Positions 1 through 9,773 of a stretch of 32,000 bases of DNA are shown in pieces. Under the pieces are notes generated by a model. That model searched no databases and was not told the DNA's origin. It was given only the letters and a program-made list of their open reading frames with translations. The stretch lies in NCBI RefSeq assembly GCF_003367075.2, contig NZ_CP065936.1, positions 1,050,001 to 1,082,000 on the forward strand, in the 5' to 3' direction. The stretch is from Cylindrospermopsis raciborskii Cr2010 (GTDB lineage: Bacteria; Cyanobacteriota; Cyanobacteriia; Cyanobacteriales; Nostocaceae). A program made the translations under genes and the position numbers. Within the stretch, counting starts at the first letter, position 1; every line of letters begins with the position of its first letter.

Positions 1-1839
1 TGTGGTAAATCCACTCTATTGAATATTATTGCTGGTCTAGATCAAGCCACTATTGGTGGAGTGACCTTAGAAGGTCGAGAAGTGAGAGAACCTGGTCCAG
101 ATAGAATGGTAATTTTTCAAAATTACTCCTTACTTCCCTGGTTAACAGTTGAGGGAAATATTGCTTTAGCAGTAGATGAGGTCCATCAGGATCTATCTCT
201 AGGAGAACGCCAGAAAATCATTGCAGAACATATTGACTTAGTAGGGTTACGTCGTGCTGCTAAAAAACTTCCCGGTCAATTATCTGGGGGGATGAAACAA
301 CGAGTGGCCATTGCTCGTGCTTTAGCTACCAGACCAAAATTGTTATTGTTGGATGAACCTTTTGGTGCTTTGGATGCTCTAACCAGGGGTAATTTGCAAG
401 AGCAATTAATGAAAATTTGTAATGAATATAAAATTACCTGTGTGATGGTAACACATGACGTAGATGAAGCACTATTATTAAGTGACCGAATTGTGATGTT
501 AACCAATGGACCAGAAGCACACATTGGACAAATTTTAGAAGTACCCATTCCCCGTCCCCGACAAAGATTAGAGGTAGTTGAACATCCCAGTTATTACAAT
601 CTGCGGAATCAAATGATCTACTTCCTCAACCAACAGAAACTGGCAAAACAGCGTCAAAAACAAACCATATCACCAGTTCTGATTTCCACCAATCAACCAG
701 AAAAAGTTCACTTACAAATCGGTTATCTTCCTATCACCCAAGCTGCACCTTTAATCATTGCCCAAGAAAAAGGTTTTTTTGCAGAATGTGGTTTACAAGT
801 GAACCTAATACCTGAAAAAAATTGGCAAGATATTGCCCAAAGTGTAGCTAGTGGTAAGCTGGATGCTGCTCAAATGGTTGCTGGTATGCCATTAGCCATG
901 ACTCTAGGTGCTATGGGAAAAACACCGACTCCCATGGTAACAGCAATGACTCTATCTCGCAACGGTAGTGCTATTACTTTAAGCCAAGAACTACGGGCAA
1001 ATGGTGTAAGGAATGCTGCAGATCTAGAAAAAACAGTCAACACTGATCTTGACAAAACTTACACTTTGGGAGTTGTTCATCCAGCATCAATGCAAAATTT
1101 GTTATTGCGTTATTGGTTAGCAGCAAGTGGTATTGAACCAGATAAGGATGTCAAATTAATAGTAATTCCACCGGATGAAATGGTTGATTTTATCCAGGAA
1201 AGAAAAGTAGATGGTTATTGTGTTAGTGAACCCTGGAATACCTGTGCTGTTGAGCAAAATCTGGGGTTTATTATGTTGCCCACTTCAGATATTTGGCAGG
1301 GACATGTAGATAAAATACTAGGAGTCACAGAAGATTGGTCTCAACAATATCCTCAAACACATTTAGCCTTAGTTAAATCGCTCCTAGCAGCTTGTGAATA
1401 TTGTGATGATATTCGTAATGAGTCAGAAATTGTCAGTCTAATTTCTCAACCTCAATATATAGGTGATCATCATGTAAATTTACGCTCTGAATTATTAGAA
1501 AGTTATCAAAGTAACTATCATCGACATTCCCAAACTTCCCATCAGTTTTATCTGCACCAAGCCAACTATCCCAACCGTCATGAAATGCTCTGGATCCTTA
1601 CCCAATTAGCTCGGTGGGGTTTTATTGCTTTCCCTAAAAACTGGGTAGAAATAATTGACCGAGTTTGTCGTCCAGATATTTTTGGTGTAGCTGCAAGAGA
1701 AGTGGGCATTTTGGATATTGGTAGGGAAGAATCCATTCAGTTATTTGATGGTAAAACATTTAATCCCTCTCAACCCCTAGAATATCTCACAGGTTTAGCC
1801 ATTAAATCTCGGGTGCGAGTTGAAGAAGCTCTGGTTTAA
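1..1839 (+). CDS. nrtC: Nitrate/nitrite ABC transporter ATP-binding subunit NrtC, 5'-truncated by the window edge. It has an ABC ATPase domain plus a C-terminal NrtA-like solute-binding regulatory domain.
   Basis: The frame is open from nt 1, which begins inside Walker A (CGKSTLLN). It carries the ABC signature [15 protein letters not shown] and Walker [10 protein letters not shown] roughly 380-aa C-terminal extension resembles NrtA/CmpA periplasmic-binding proteins, which is the hallmark of cyanobacterial NrtC. It is followed by nrtD and narB. Confidence 0.9.
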   Translation, partial: CGKSTLLNIIAGLDQATIGGVTLEGREVREPGPDRMVIFQNYSLLPWLTVEGNIALAVDEVHQDLSLGERQKIIAEHIDLVGLRRAAKKLPGQLSGGMKQRVAIARALATRPKLLLLDEPFGALDALTRGNLQEQLMKICNEYKITCVMVTHDVDEALLLSDRIVMLTNGPEAHIGQILEVPIPRPRQRLEVVEHPSYYNLRNQMIYFLNQQKLAKQRQKQTISPVLISTNQPEKVHLQIGYLPITQAAPLIIAQEKGFFAECGLQVNLIPEKNWQDIAQSVASGKLDAAQMVAGMPLAMTLGAMGKTPTPMVTAMTLSRNGSAITLSQELRANGVRNAADLEKTVNTDLDKTYTLGVVHPASMQNLLLRYWLAASGIEPDKDVKLIVIPPDEMVDFIQERKVDGYCVSEPWNTCAVEQNLGFIMLPTSDIWQGHVDKILGVTEDWSQQYPQTHLALVKSLLAACEYCDDIRNESEIVSLISQPQYIGDHHVNLRSELLESYQSNYHRHSQTSHQFYLHQANYPNRHEMLWILTQLARWGFIAFPKNWVEIIDRVCRPDIFGVAAREVGILDIGREESIQLFDGKTFNPSQPLEYLTGLAIKSRVRVEEALV

Positions 1840-1840
1840 A

Positions 1841-1940
1841 TAGGGAGGCACAATTATTTATAGGTACCCGTGCGGGCGTTGGGTTTCATACTTCAACCCA
1901 ACCTACGTTCATCTTATATTTAACTCCACCCACCCACTTA
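1841..1940 (+). repeat. Copy A of a roughly 100-nt dispersed, MITE-like repeat with an internal hairpin, lying in the nrtC-nrtD spacer.
   Basis: By hand alignment it is near-identical to the reverse complement of 28782-28894. The shared blocks are TAGGGAGGCACAATTA ... GCGGGCGTTGGGTTTCAT(A/G)CTTCAACCCAACCTACGTTC ... CCACCCACCCACTTA. It contains the hairpin GTTGGGTT-n9-AACCCAAC. Confidence 0.8.
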
Positions 1941-1970
1941 AGACTGAATTAACTAAATTAAAATTAAAGG

Positions 1971-2837
1971 ATGAAAGTCATGACCACATTGAATCTCCCC
2001 AAAAATACTCAGCTTCAAGCTTTAGGTAATCCACAGTCTCACCAAAAATCACGGGATTTCCTATTCATTGACGGTGTAAACAAAATTTACCCCACCTCCG
2101 AGGGACCATATACTGTTTTAGACAACATTAGTCTCAAAGTCCAAGAGGGAGAATTTATTTGTTTCATTGGACATTCGGGTTGTGGTAAATCCACACTGTT
2201 AAATATGATTTCTGGATTCAATCAACCTACCAATGGTGTGGTCTGGTTGCAAGGTCAACCTATTACTGAACCAGGACCAGACCGGATGATGGTTTTTCAA
2301 AACTATTGTCTACTTCCCTGGCTAAGTGTTTTTGAAAATGTTTATCTTGCTGTTGATTCTGTATTTCCTAATAAAACCCAGGCTGAAAAACGGTTTATAG
2401 TTAGAGAACATTTAGGTATGGTAGGACTCACGGAAGCTGCTCAAAAGAAACCCCATCAAATATCAGGAGGTATGAAACAAAGGGTGGCTATTGCTCGTGC
2501 TTTGGCTATTCGTCCTCAGGTTCTGATTTTGGATGAACCTTTTGGCGCTTTGGATGCAATTACTAAGGAAGAATTACAAGAGGAACTACTGCAAATTTGG
2601 TCCGATCATCAAGTTACTGTGTTAATGATTACTCATGATATTGACGAAGCTCTTTTTCTAGCTGATAAATTGGTCATGATGACAAATGGACCTGCTGCTA
2701 ATATTGGTGAAATATTAGATATTCCTTTTTCTCGTCCCCGTCAGCGTCGTCAGATTATGGAAAGTACAGAATATTATCATTTGAGGAACTACGCTCTGGA
2801 TTTTCTTTATCGTCGTTGTGCTCATATTGAAGAGTAG
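1971..2837 (+). CDS. nrtD: Nitrate/nitrite ABC transporter ATP-binding subunit NrtD.
   Basis: Carries Walker [10 protein letters not shown], signature [15 protein letters not shown] and Walker B LILDEPF. It is paralogous to the NrtC N-terminal domain and sits between nrtC and narB. Confidence 0.9.
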   Translation: MKVMTTLNLPKNTQLQALGNPQSHQKSRDFLFIDGVNKIYPTSEGPYTVLDNISLKVQEGEFICFIGHSGCGKSTLLNMISGFNQPTNGVVWLQGQPITEPGPDRMMVFQNYCLLPWLSVFENVYLAVDSVFPNKTQAEKRFIVREHLGMVGLTEAAQKKPHQISGGMKQRVAIARALAIRPQVLILDEPFGALDAITKEELQEELLQIWSDHQVTVLMITHDIDEALFLADKLVMMTNGPAANIGEILDIPFSRPRQRRQIMESTEYYHLRNYALDFLYRRCAHIEE

Positions 2838-2850
2838 TTTATCCACCAAT

Positions 2851-5004
2851 ATGACCGAATTTATCAAAACACTTTGTCCCTATTGTGGTGTGGGTTGTGG
2901 ACTAGAAGTCTCTTCCCCTACCCAACATCCAAGTTTCACTACGGATAATACGGGTGATCAAGAAACTGTTAATTGGCGTGTTCGTGGAGATAAATCTCAT
3001 CCCTCTAGTCAAGGAATGGTATGTGTTAAAGGTGCAACTGTTGCAGAAGCAATATATAAAAATAGATTGCAATATCCCATGTTTCGAGAATCTTTAACAC
3101 AAGATTTTCGCTTGATTTCCTGGGAGGAGTCCTTCACTATCATTACAAATCATATTCAACAAACTTTAGTTACTCACGGTCCAGAATCTATCTGTATGTA
3201 TGGTTCTGGACAGTTTCAAACTGAAGATTATTACATTGCCCAAAAATTACTTAAAGGTTGTTTAGGAACTAATAACTTCGATGCTAATTCCCGTCTTTGT
3301 ATGTCTAGTGCGGTATCTGGATATCTCCAAAGTTTTGGTGCTGATGGACCTCCTTGCTGTTATGACGATTTGGAATTAACTGACTGCGTTTTTTTAATAG
3401 GTACTAATACTGCAGAATGCCACCCCATTATTTTTAACCGGTTATCTAAATATCATAAGAAAAATCCTCACGTGAAAATGGTGGTGGTTGACCCCCGTTC
3501 CACCTCCACTGCTAAAACAGCTGATTTACATTTAGCCATTGTTCCAGGTACTGATATTGATTTGTTGAATGGTATTGCCCATCTATTGGTGAAATGGAAT
3601 TCTTGGGATGTAAATTTTGTGGATAATTATACTAGCAATTTTGCAGATTATATCCAAGTCATTAATTATTATTCTCCGGATCTTGTTACCAGTCGATGTG
3701 GTATTTCTTTGGCAGATTTAGAAACCGCTGCTAAATATTGGGGTCAAGCCCAATCTGTGCTTTCTTTATGGTCAATGGGGGTGAACCAATCTTCTGAAGG
3801 GACTGCTAAGGTAAGGAGTATTATTGATTTACATCTCCTCACAGGACAGGTGGGAAAACCAGGTGCAGGTCCTTTTTCTTTAACGGGTCAACCTAATGCT
3901 ATGGGTGGTAGGGAAGCGGGTGGTTTAGCACATTTATTACCCGGATACAGATTAATTAAAAATCCACAACATCGGTTAGAAGTGGAGGAATTTTGGGGTT
4001 TAAAACCAGGTACAATTTCACCTATTCCTGGGTTAAATGTGTGGGAAATGATTATGGCTTTAGAGTCTGGTAATGTGCAGCTATTATGGATAGCAGCAAC
4101 TAATCCAGCTGTAAGTATGCCAGATTTAGAAAGAACTAAAAAAGCATTGTTACAATCCCCTTTTACTATTTATCAGGATGCCTATTATCCCACGGAAACT
4201 GCTAACTATGCTCATCTTTTATTACCCGCTGCTCAATGGGGTGAAAAAACTGGGGTGATGACTAATTCGGAACGTCGAATTACCCTATCTTCTGCTTTTA
4301 AAAATCCTCCACAATTGGCTAAGTCTGATTGGGAAATCTTCGCTGAAGTTGGTAGGAGGTTGGGTTTTTCACATCAGTTTAATTTTCAGGATTCTAGTGA
4401 GGTTTATCGGGAATTTGTCCAATTAACTCGTCATCGTCCCTGTGATATGTCGGGTTTAAGTTATGAGTTTCTAACTGCTAATGGTCCAACTCATTGGCCT
4501 TTTTCTCAAGATAATTATCAGGAAGTTAAACGATTATATACAGATTTACGTTTTTATACTCATGATGGCAAGGCTCAGTTTGCAGCATGTTTTTCTCGGG
4601 GTTTAGCTGAACCTCCAGACCCTGAATATCCCTTTATTCTCACTTCAGGAAGATTATATGGCCATTGGCATACCCAAACACGCACAGGTAGAATTGATAA
4701 GATTTGTCAAATGCACCCTGAGCCTTTTTTGGAAATTCATCCCCGTGATGCGCTCAAGCTACAGCTTGCTGATCATCAGTTGGTGATGGTTCGTTCCCGT
4801 CGTGGTGCAGCGGAATTTCCTGCTAAAATCACTTTGACTATCTCCCCTGGTACTGTTTTTGTCCCTATGCATTGGGGTAAACTATGGTCAGAAAATTCTG
4901 AAGCTAATGCCCTTACTCATTCTTCGTCTTGTCCAGATTCTTTTCAGCCAGAATTGAAAGCCTGTGCTGTACAGTTAATTCCCATAATTCCCATTCAATC
5001 TTAG
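2851..5004 (+). CDS. narB: Ferredoxin-dependent assimilatory nitrate reductase, a molybdopterin oxidoreductase.
   Basis: The N-terminal 4Fe-4S motif CPYCGVGCG...C(VKG) and the molybdopterin oxidoreductase and dinucleotide-binding regions are colinear with cyanobacterial NarB. I prefer the ATG at 2851 ([13 protein letters not shown]) to the GTG at 2818, which overlaps nrtD. Confidence 0.92.
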   Translation: MTEFIKTLCPYCGVGCGLEVSSPTQHPSFTTDNTGDQETVNWRVRGDKSHPSSQGMVCVKGATVAEAIYKNRLQYPMFRESLTQDFRLISWEESFTIITNHIQQTLVTHGPESICMYGSGQFQTEDYYIAQKLLKGCLGTNNFDANSRLCMSSAVSGYLQSFGADGPPCCYDDLELTDCVFLIGTNTAECHPIIFNRLSKYHKKNPHVKMVVVDPRSTSTAKTADLHLAIVPGTDIDLLNGIAHLLVKWNSWDVNFVDNYTSNFADYIQVINYYSPDLVTSRCGISLADLETAAKYWGQAQSVLSLWSMGVNQSSEGTAKVRSIIDLHLLTGQVGKPGAGPFSLTGQPNAMGGREAGGLAHLLPGYRLIKNPQHRLEVEEFWGLKPGTISPIPGLNVWEMIMALESGNVQLLWIAATNPAVSMPDLERTKKALLQSPFTIYQDAYYPTETANYAHLLLPAAQWGEKTGVMTNSERRITLSSAFKNPPQLAKSDWEIFAEVGRRLGFSHQFNFQDSSEVYREFVQLTRHRPCDMSGLSYEFLTANGPTHWPFSQDNYQEVKRLYTDLRFYTHDGKAQFAACFSRGLAEPPDPEYPFILTSGRLYGHWHTQTRTGRIDKICQMHPEPFLEIHPRDALKLQLADHQLVMVRSRRGAAEFPAKITLTISPGTVFVPMHWGKLWSENSEANALTHSSSCPDSFQPELKACAVQLIPIIPIQS

Positions 5005-5069
5005 AGAAAGTGCTATCCAGTGGTAAAATACTGGGTGATTTGTTGACTTGATGGGGTATCGTAAATCCA

Positions 5070-5519
5070 ATGAAAAGGTTTTTTAGGCAACTTAAAACTT
5101 TCACCAGTGATGATAATTTCATGCACTTGATTGAAAATATTGTGGTGATAGTTTCTAAGGTTCTTTCTATTTTAATGGTGGTGGTAATCCTTGTGGCCAT
5201 TGCGGACTTAACAGTTTTTCTGCTTAAAGAGTTATTTGATGCTCCCTATGGCAAGTTTAATACTATTTTGTTTAAGATATTTGGTTTGTTTTTAAATATT
5301 CTCATTGCTTTAGAAATTTTAGAAAATATTACGGCCTACCTACAAAAGCATGTTTTTCAAGTAGAATTAGTGATTATTACTTCTTTAATTGCTGTTGCTA
5401 GAAAAATCATTATCTTAGACTTGGAAAAAGTGACAGGAATTGATATCATTGGGTTGGGGATTGCTATACTAGCTCTATCTATTAGCTATCTAATTATCCA
5501 AAGTCGTCGTAAAAGTTAG
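5070..5519 (+). CDS. Small polytopic membrane protein, PsiE-like (phosphate-starvation-inducible E family).
   Basis: A 149-aa protein with about 4 predicted TM helices. The motif pattern LIALEILENI ... LIAVARKIIILD resembles the PsiE family core. The assignment is by eye only. Confidence 0.5.
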   Translation: MKRFFRQLKTFTSDDNFMHLIENIVVIVSKVLSILMVVVILVAIADLTVFLLKELFDAPYGKFNTILFKIFGLFLNILIALEILENITAYLQKHVFQVELVIITSLIAVARKIIILDLEKVTGIDIIGLGIAILALSISYLIIQSRRKS

Positions 5520-5591
5520 TTGAATAACAAGACCTTACCAACTTTTTCGCTCCCTTTACCCCAGAATCTAGTAGGACCCTAATTTGCTGTT

Positions 5592-6074
5592 ATGTCTACC
5601 GAGTTTTTTCACTTTGAAGCTGATTTTCTAGCCACCCTTCGTTGTATACCCATGGTAGTCCGTTATAAGCTGGATACATGTGGAATTAAACTAAAATTGG
5701 CTCATTGGCATCAGATTAGTCTCTCAGAACGTGATAATCTAGTTACATTACCCTGCTTCACACCAGGGGAAATAGAAAACTACCAAAACTATTTAAGGGA
5801 ATTAGTTTTTAAATACACAGGAACCTATCCCTCTTTGCTTCCCACAGATCCCCATCCCCCATGGCTAGATTCTACCACTCTACCTAAACAACTTATTGAA
5901 AAATTAGAGACCATAGGTGCTACGATCACCCTGGAGCAGTGGCAAGATTTAACTCCGTTACAAAGGTTTGTACTGGTCAAGTTAAGTCTACCCAGTCATG
6001 AAAATAAAAATTTTCCTAGAGCAATGGCGGAATTTCATTTGGATCCGCCCACAGGTTCGCTGATAACTAAATGA
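5592..6074 (+). CDS. narM: Nitrate reductase-associated protein NarM.
   Basis: A 160-aa protein whose N-terminus FHFEADFLATLRCIPMVVRYKLDTCGIKLKL matches the cyanobacterial family that is genomically linked to narB. It lies 0.6 kb downstream of narB. Confidence 0.7.
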   Translation: MSTEFFHFEADFLATLRCIPMVVRYKLDTCGIKLKLAHWHQISLSERDNLVTLPCFTPGEIENYQNYLRELVFKYTGTYPSLLPTDPHPPWLDSTTLPKQLIEKLETIGATITLEQWQDLTPLQRFVLVKLSLPSHENKNFPRAMAEFHLDPPTGSLITK

Positions 6075-6109
6075 ATAAGCCAACAACCTTCTCATCAACC
6101 GCTAAGTAA

Positions 6110-7468
6110 ATGATAGGCAAAAACCCAAGACAGAATGCATTTTTGAGACTGGTGTCTAGTGAGGCGGTTTCTAGTCCAGAATCCCGCTACCCACTGCTTT
6201 CCCATCAGGAAATGGTCATGGGACGTGACCCCGGTTGTCAGGTTGTCTTGGACGCTATAACCTATAGAATGGTCTCCCGTCGTCATGCGGTTGTTCGTCC
6301 CCTCTCTCCAGAAAGTAAGTTCACCTGGACTCTTTGTGATTTAAACAGCGCTAATGGCACTTTTCTCAATGGACAACTACTGCGGGGACCTCAAGAGCTA
6401 CAACATGGCGATCGCATTTCTTTGGGTTATGATGGTCCTCAATTTGTCTTTGAATGTGAAACCATACCTGTTTCTAGAAATGTGCCAGTTAACCCAGCTA
6501 CAGTTATAGTACCAGGAAAGACAACTCAACAACAATCAAAGCATGATGGAGTTAGTTTCACCCAGTTATTTCCTATAATTTCCACAGGTAAGGACTTAAC
6601 CCGCAAAGCATATCTTATACCAGGAATACTAACAGTTATTTTTGTCGTGTTAATGTTTGCTACTGTAGGTTATCCCCAAGCTAATCAAGTAATTGTCGGT
6701 TCTTATATTGGATCAGCCGCTTATTATTTCGTTTATCAACTTTGTGGCAAACAAAAACCATGGTGGATACTTATGGCCATGGCGCTCAGTACCATGTTGA
6801 TTTTAGTCAGTCCACTATTAGATTTATTTATATTTGTTTTTCGAGAAATTCTCCCTGGTAGTATATCACCCTCCGGTAGTGACACATTCACAGAATTATT
6901 GATCAGAATGTTTTTCGGAGCTGGGTTAATGGAGGAACTACTCAAGGCCCTACCGGTAATAGGCGCCTATTTTTTAGGCAAATCCCTACCATCCCCCTGG
7001 AGGGAAAGGATTGGGGTTGGGGAACCACTAGATGGCATTCTCCTGGGGACTGCATCAGCAGTAGGGTTTACTTTATTAGAAACCCTTGGCCAATATGTTC
7101 CAGTAATCACCCAAAACATTAGCCAGCAGTCGGGAGTAGGTACTGGTCAACTGATCGGTTTACAGTTACTTATCCCCCGGATTTTGGGTTCCGTAGCTGG
7201 ACACATGGCCTATAGTGGATATTTGGGCTATTTCATCGGTTTGGCCACCCTCAAACCCCGCATGAGTTGGCAAATCCTGGGTGTTGGTTATTTCACCGCC
7301 TCCGCTCTCCACGCTCTCTGGAATGCTACCGGTTCCATTAATGCCCTACTATTAGTAATTGTAGGTGTTTTGTCCTATGCTTTTTTGATGGCTGCTATCC
7401 TCAAAGCTCGAGCATTATCACCTACGCGATCGCATAATTTTGCCACCCGGTTTCTGGATCCCAAATAA
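6110..7468 (+). CDS. FHA domain fused to a PrsW-family intramembrane protease.
   Basis: The N-terminal FHA signature is MGRD...VSRRHA...SANGTFLNG...GDRISLG (aa ~25-115). It is followed by about 8 hydrophobic helices carrying the PrsW motifs EELLK (nt 6932-6946), GFTLLE, AGHMAYSG and HALWN (His codon at 7310-7312). Confidence 0.8.
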   Translation: MIGKNPRQNAFLRLVSSEAVSSPESRYPLLSHQEMVMGRDPGCQVVLDAITYRMVSRRHAVVRPLSPESKFTWTLCDLNSANGTFLNGQLLRGPQELQHGDRISLGYDGPQFVFECETIPVSRNVPVNPATVIVPGKTTQQQSKHDGVSFTQLFPIISTGKDLTRKAYLIPGILTVIFVVLMFATVGYPQANQVIVGSYIGSAAYYFVYQLCGKQKPWWILMAMALSTMLILVSPLLDLFIFVFREILPGSISPSGSDTFTELLIRMFFGAGLMEELLKALPVIGAYFLGKSLPSPWRERIGVGEPLDGILLGTASAVGFTLLETLGQYVPVITQNISQQSGVGTGQLIGLQLLIPRILGSVAGHMAYSGYLGYFIGLATLKPRMSWQILGVGYFTASALHALWNATGSINALLLVIVGVLSYAFLMAAILKARALSPTRSHNFATRFLDPK

Positions 7469-7471
7469 ATA

Positions 7472-8098
7472 CTACTCCCCATTTTCTGCTGCTTGGGTAG
7501 AAACTGCTTTTAAGGCATAGTCAGCCACTACTAAACAAATCTTTGCCCGTTCTATCTCTGATAATTCAGTCCAATTGCGATTTGATAAGTTGTGGTCTGA
7601 TTTCTCCTGTGAATCACTTCTCATGGAGTAAGCAATAGGACGTGCCAAAACTAATAGGTCTTCCATATCCCAATTAGGTAACAAAGATTGAACACAACCC
7701 ACAATCTTCTCACTGGTAGAATGTTCCATATCATAGAAAGTTTTCTTTGCTGCTTCCATAATCTGATCAAGCCAGTGGGAGGGAACAAACGTACCAAAAA
7801 TATCATTTAGGGTAGTGCGTGGTCTTTCATCACGGTCAGCTTTAGAGTTATAAACCTGAGTCCAGATCTGGTCAAGAGAATTATAGAAATTTTCCCCTTG
7901 CTGGTCGAGACTTTCCATCAACAGTGGGTCACAGTGGAGTGGTGCTGCTAGTTTTTGAAAATAATCATCTGCTTGATCAGTTGCGAGATTCCAAGGATAA
8001 GTTTCATCTTCCGGTTCTAATATTGCTGTCAACAATTCCCAATCCACGGAGGGAAGGAAAGGTTTCCGATTATCTAAATCACCTGTATTATCAGTCAT
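7472..8098 (-). CDS. Acidic hypothetical protein (208 aa) with no recognised domain.
   Basis: A long ORF with an ATG at 8098; the ORF-track start at 8110 is a TTG. It is co-directional with the CHAT-FHA gene and 93 nt downstream of it. It is D/E-rich and I recognise no motif. Confidence 0.6.
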   Translation of the reverse strand: MTDNTGDLDNRKPFLPSVDWELLTAILEPEDETYPWNLATDQADDYFQKLAAPLHCDPLLMESLDQQGENFYNSLDQIWTQVYNSKADRDERPRTTLNDIFGTFVPSHWLDQIMEAAKKTFYDMEHSTSEKIVGCVQSLLPNWDMEDLLVLARPIAYSMRSDSQEKSDHNLSNRNWTELSEIERAKICLVVADYALKAVSTQAAENGE

Positions 8099-8191
8099 AT
8101 TGGGCCTCAAACTTCATCCGCATAATTGGTATTACAGGGAGCTACAGTTAGCAGCTAGGAATTTCCGTAAAAACAACAAAAACAATCTCCC

Positions 8192-9730
8192 CTAATCATC
8201 AAAAATCAGAAACTCCCATGTTTCCCCCTTCGCACTGCCAAACTTTAACTTCATTCCCGATGTTAACACCACCTCCTCCCGTAAAACCCGTTGCCAACCA
8301 TAATCATTTAAATACCAAGTTGTTCCGTAGGTAGAGCAATCTTGTAAATAGTAAGTAACAACTGGTTGAGAACCATCCAGTACGGTTCTACAAAGTATTT
8401 CTGCATGGTGCTTAGAAACATAACCTTGAGGAATCACAAGATCATTATCCTTAGTGCGACCAATGCGAGTCACATCAGAACGCATAGAGCAACTTTGACC
8501 CTGGGGGGAAAGTGAGCGCAAAACAGCACTAGACTGGGGAACATTTATTCCAGTACTTAGATCTGGCAATTCTGTAATTCCCTCATCAACACTTTTAATC
8601 AACTGACCTGAAAAATCTGGGTGTAGATAGAGAACCGGTAAAGTCCATGCTGGCTGATTAAACTTGTAAATAGCTAATAACTTTTGTCTAGCCACTGCTA
8701 CAGCTGCATCAATCGCTTCACCCATGCGCAATGCCTGAGTAAAACCCTGAATAAAACTACGACTTTCCTCATCAGCAATTTGGTCACGCATGGCTAAAAC
8801 TGCGGGCACACCATGACAAATTAAAACTTCTGCCAAACTACTAGTAGGTATTGCTTTATCACGAACTGCCGGTTGGGCACCCCAACAGGCATTGAATACT
8901 GCTAGTTTAACTTTACTACGAGCTAACACTTGACCCAGTTCTATGCCATTAAGGGACTGTTCCTCTGTCAAATACAACAACCCGCCATCAGGATTGGGCA
9001 AACCATGTCCTGCATAAAAAATCACATTATATGCCTTAGTTTCCAGTTCTTGTATCAACTGCTTTGGTGTGGGTTGTAATAGCTTTTTGACCAAACAGTT
9101 TGATATGTAATACCCACCAAGAGAACTGGATTCTAGGAGGATTTTCTCCAGAATGGTAGCCTCTTTTTCCAATTCCAAATTGCCATTGTACCCCAAAACC
9201 AACAACACGTTTAAAGAGGAATCTGCTGATAAATTTGCTATTGGTTCAACCTGATTGATAGTCCGACTAAACAAAACCTCTTGGTTGAGGGAAACTGCTG
9301 AATGACCCGCTTCCGGTTGCATAATTTCCCATGGTAAACCAATCAAATCAGGTTCACGAACTTCCAATTGCAACCGCAATCTCTTATTGCTCCCCATAGC
9401 TAGACCACGACTGCGCTCTAGACTGCTCAGAATTTCTCCATCAAATAGCCAACGCCATAAACTGATCCCTAAAGATTGCATTAACCGATTACTATAGGAA
9501 CCAGTGGTTTGTCCCATCCCAGACCCAACCAATCCCTTCCCCAGGTGATGGGTGTCTACAAAACCACCAAACATTTGCTGCCATTCTATCCAAATTTCAG
9601 CAAGTTGAGGTGGAAAAACACAGTCACGCAAAACGTAACCGCTGGGATAGGGAGCTTTCACTACCCAAACGGCAAAGTTATTCGGTCCACTATTAACTAA
9701 ACGGGCGATAGATACACTCAGGCAAGACAT
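8192..9730 (-). CDS. CHAT-domain (caspase-like) protease with a C-terminal FHA domain.
   Basis: It has a caspase-type His/Cys dyad in CHAT context: FYAGHG (His codon complement of 9005-9007) and FNACWG (Cys288 by ORF-track numbering). The C-terminal FHA signature is RIGRTKDNDLVI...VSKHHAEI...STYGTW...GMKLKFG. I prefer the ATG at 9730 to the TTG at 9748. Confidence 0.8.
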   Translation of the reverse strand: MSCLSVSIARLVNSGPNNFAVWVVKAPYPSGYVLRDCVFPPQLAEIWIEWQQMFGGFVDTHHLGKGLVGSGMGQTTGSYSNRLMQSLGISLWRWLFDGEILSSLERSRGLAMGSNKRLRLQLEVREPDLIGLPWEIMQPEAGHSAVSLNQEVLFSRTINQVEPIANLSADSSLNVLLVLGYNGNLELEKEATILEKILLESSSLGGYYISNCLVKKLLQPTPKQLIQELETKAYNVIFYAGHGLPNPDGGLLYLTEEQSLNGIELGQVLARSKVKLAVFNACWGAQPAVRDKAIPTSSLAEVLICHGVPAVLAMRDQIADEESRSFIQGFTQALRMGEAIDAAVAVARQKLLAIYKFNQPAWTLPVLYLHPDFSGQLIKSVDEGITELPDLSTGINVPQSSAVLRSLSPQGQSCSMRSDVTRIGRTKDNDLVIPQGYVSKHHAEILCRTVLDGSQPVVTYYLQDCSTYGTTWYLNDYGWQRVLREEVVLTSGMKLKFGSAKGETWEFLIFDD

Positions 9731-9773
9731 CGATTTGTTTAATCTCAACGCAACTAGTTATAGATTTCTGCCA

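Noticed and set aside
2818-2850. A GTG start for narB that overlaps nrtD by 20 nt.
   Set aside because: The conserved NarB N-terminus begins at [13 protein letters not shown] (ATG at 2851). The upstream extension adds non-conserved residues and overlaps nrtD.
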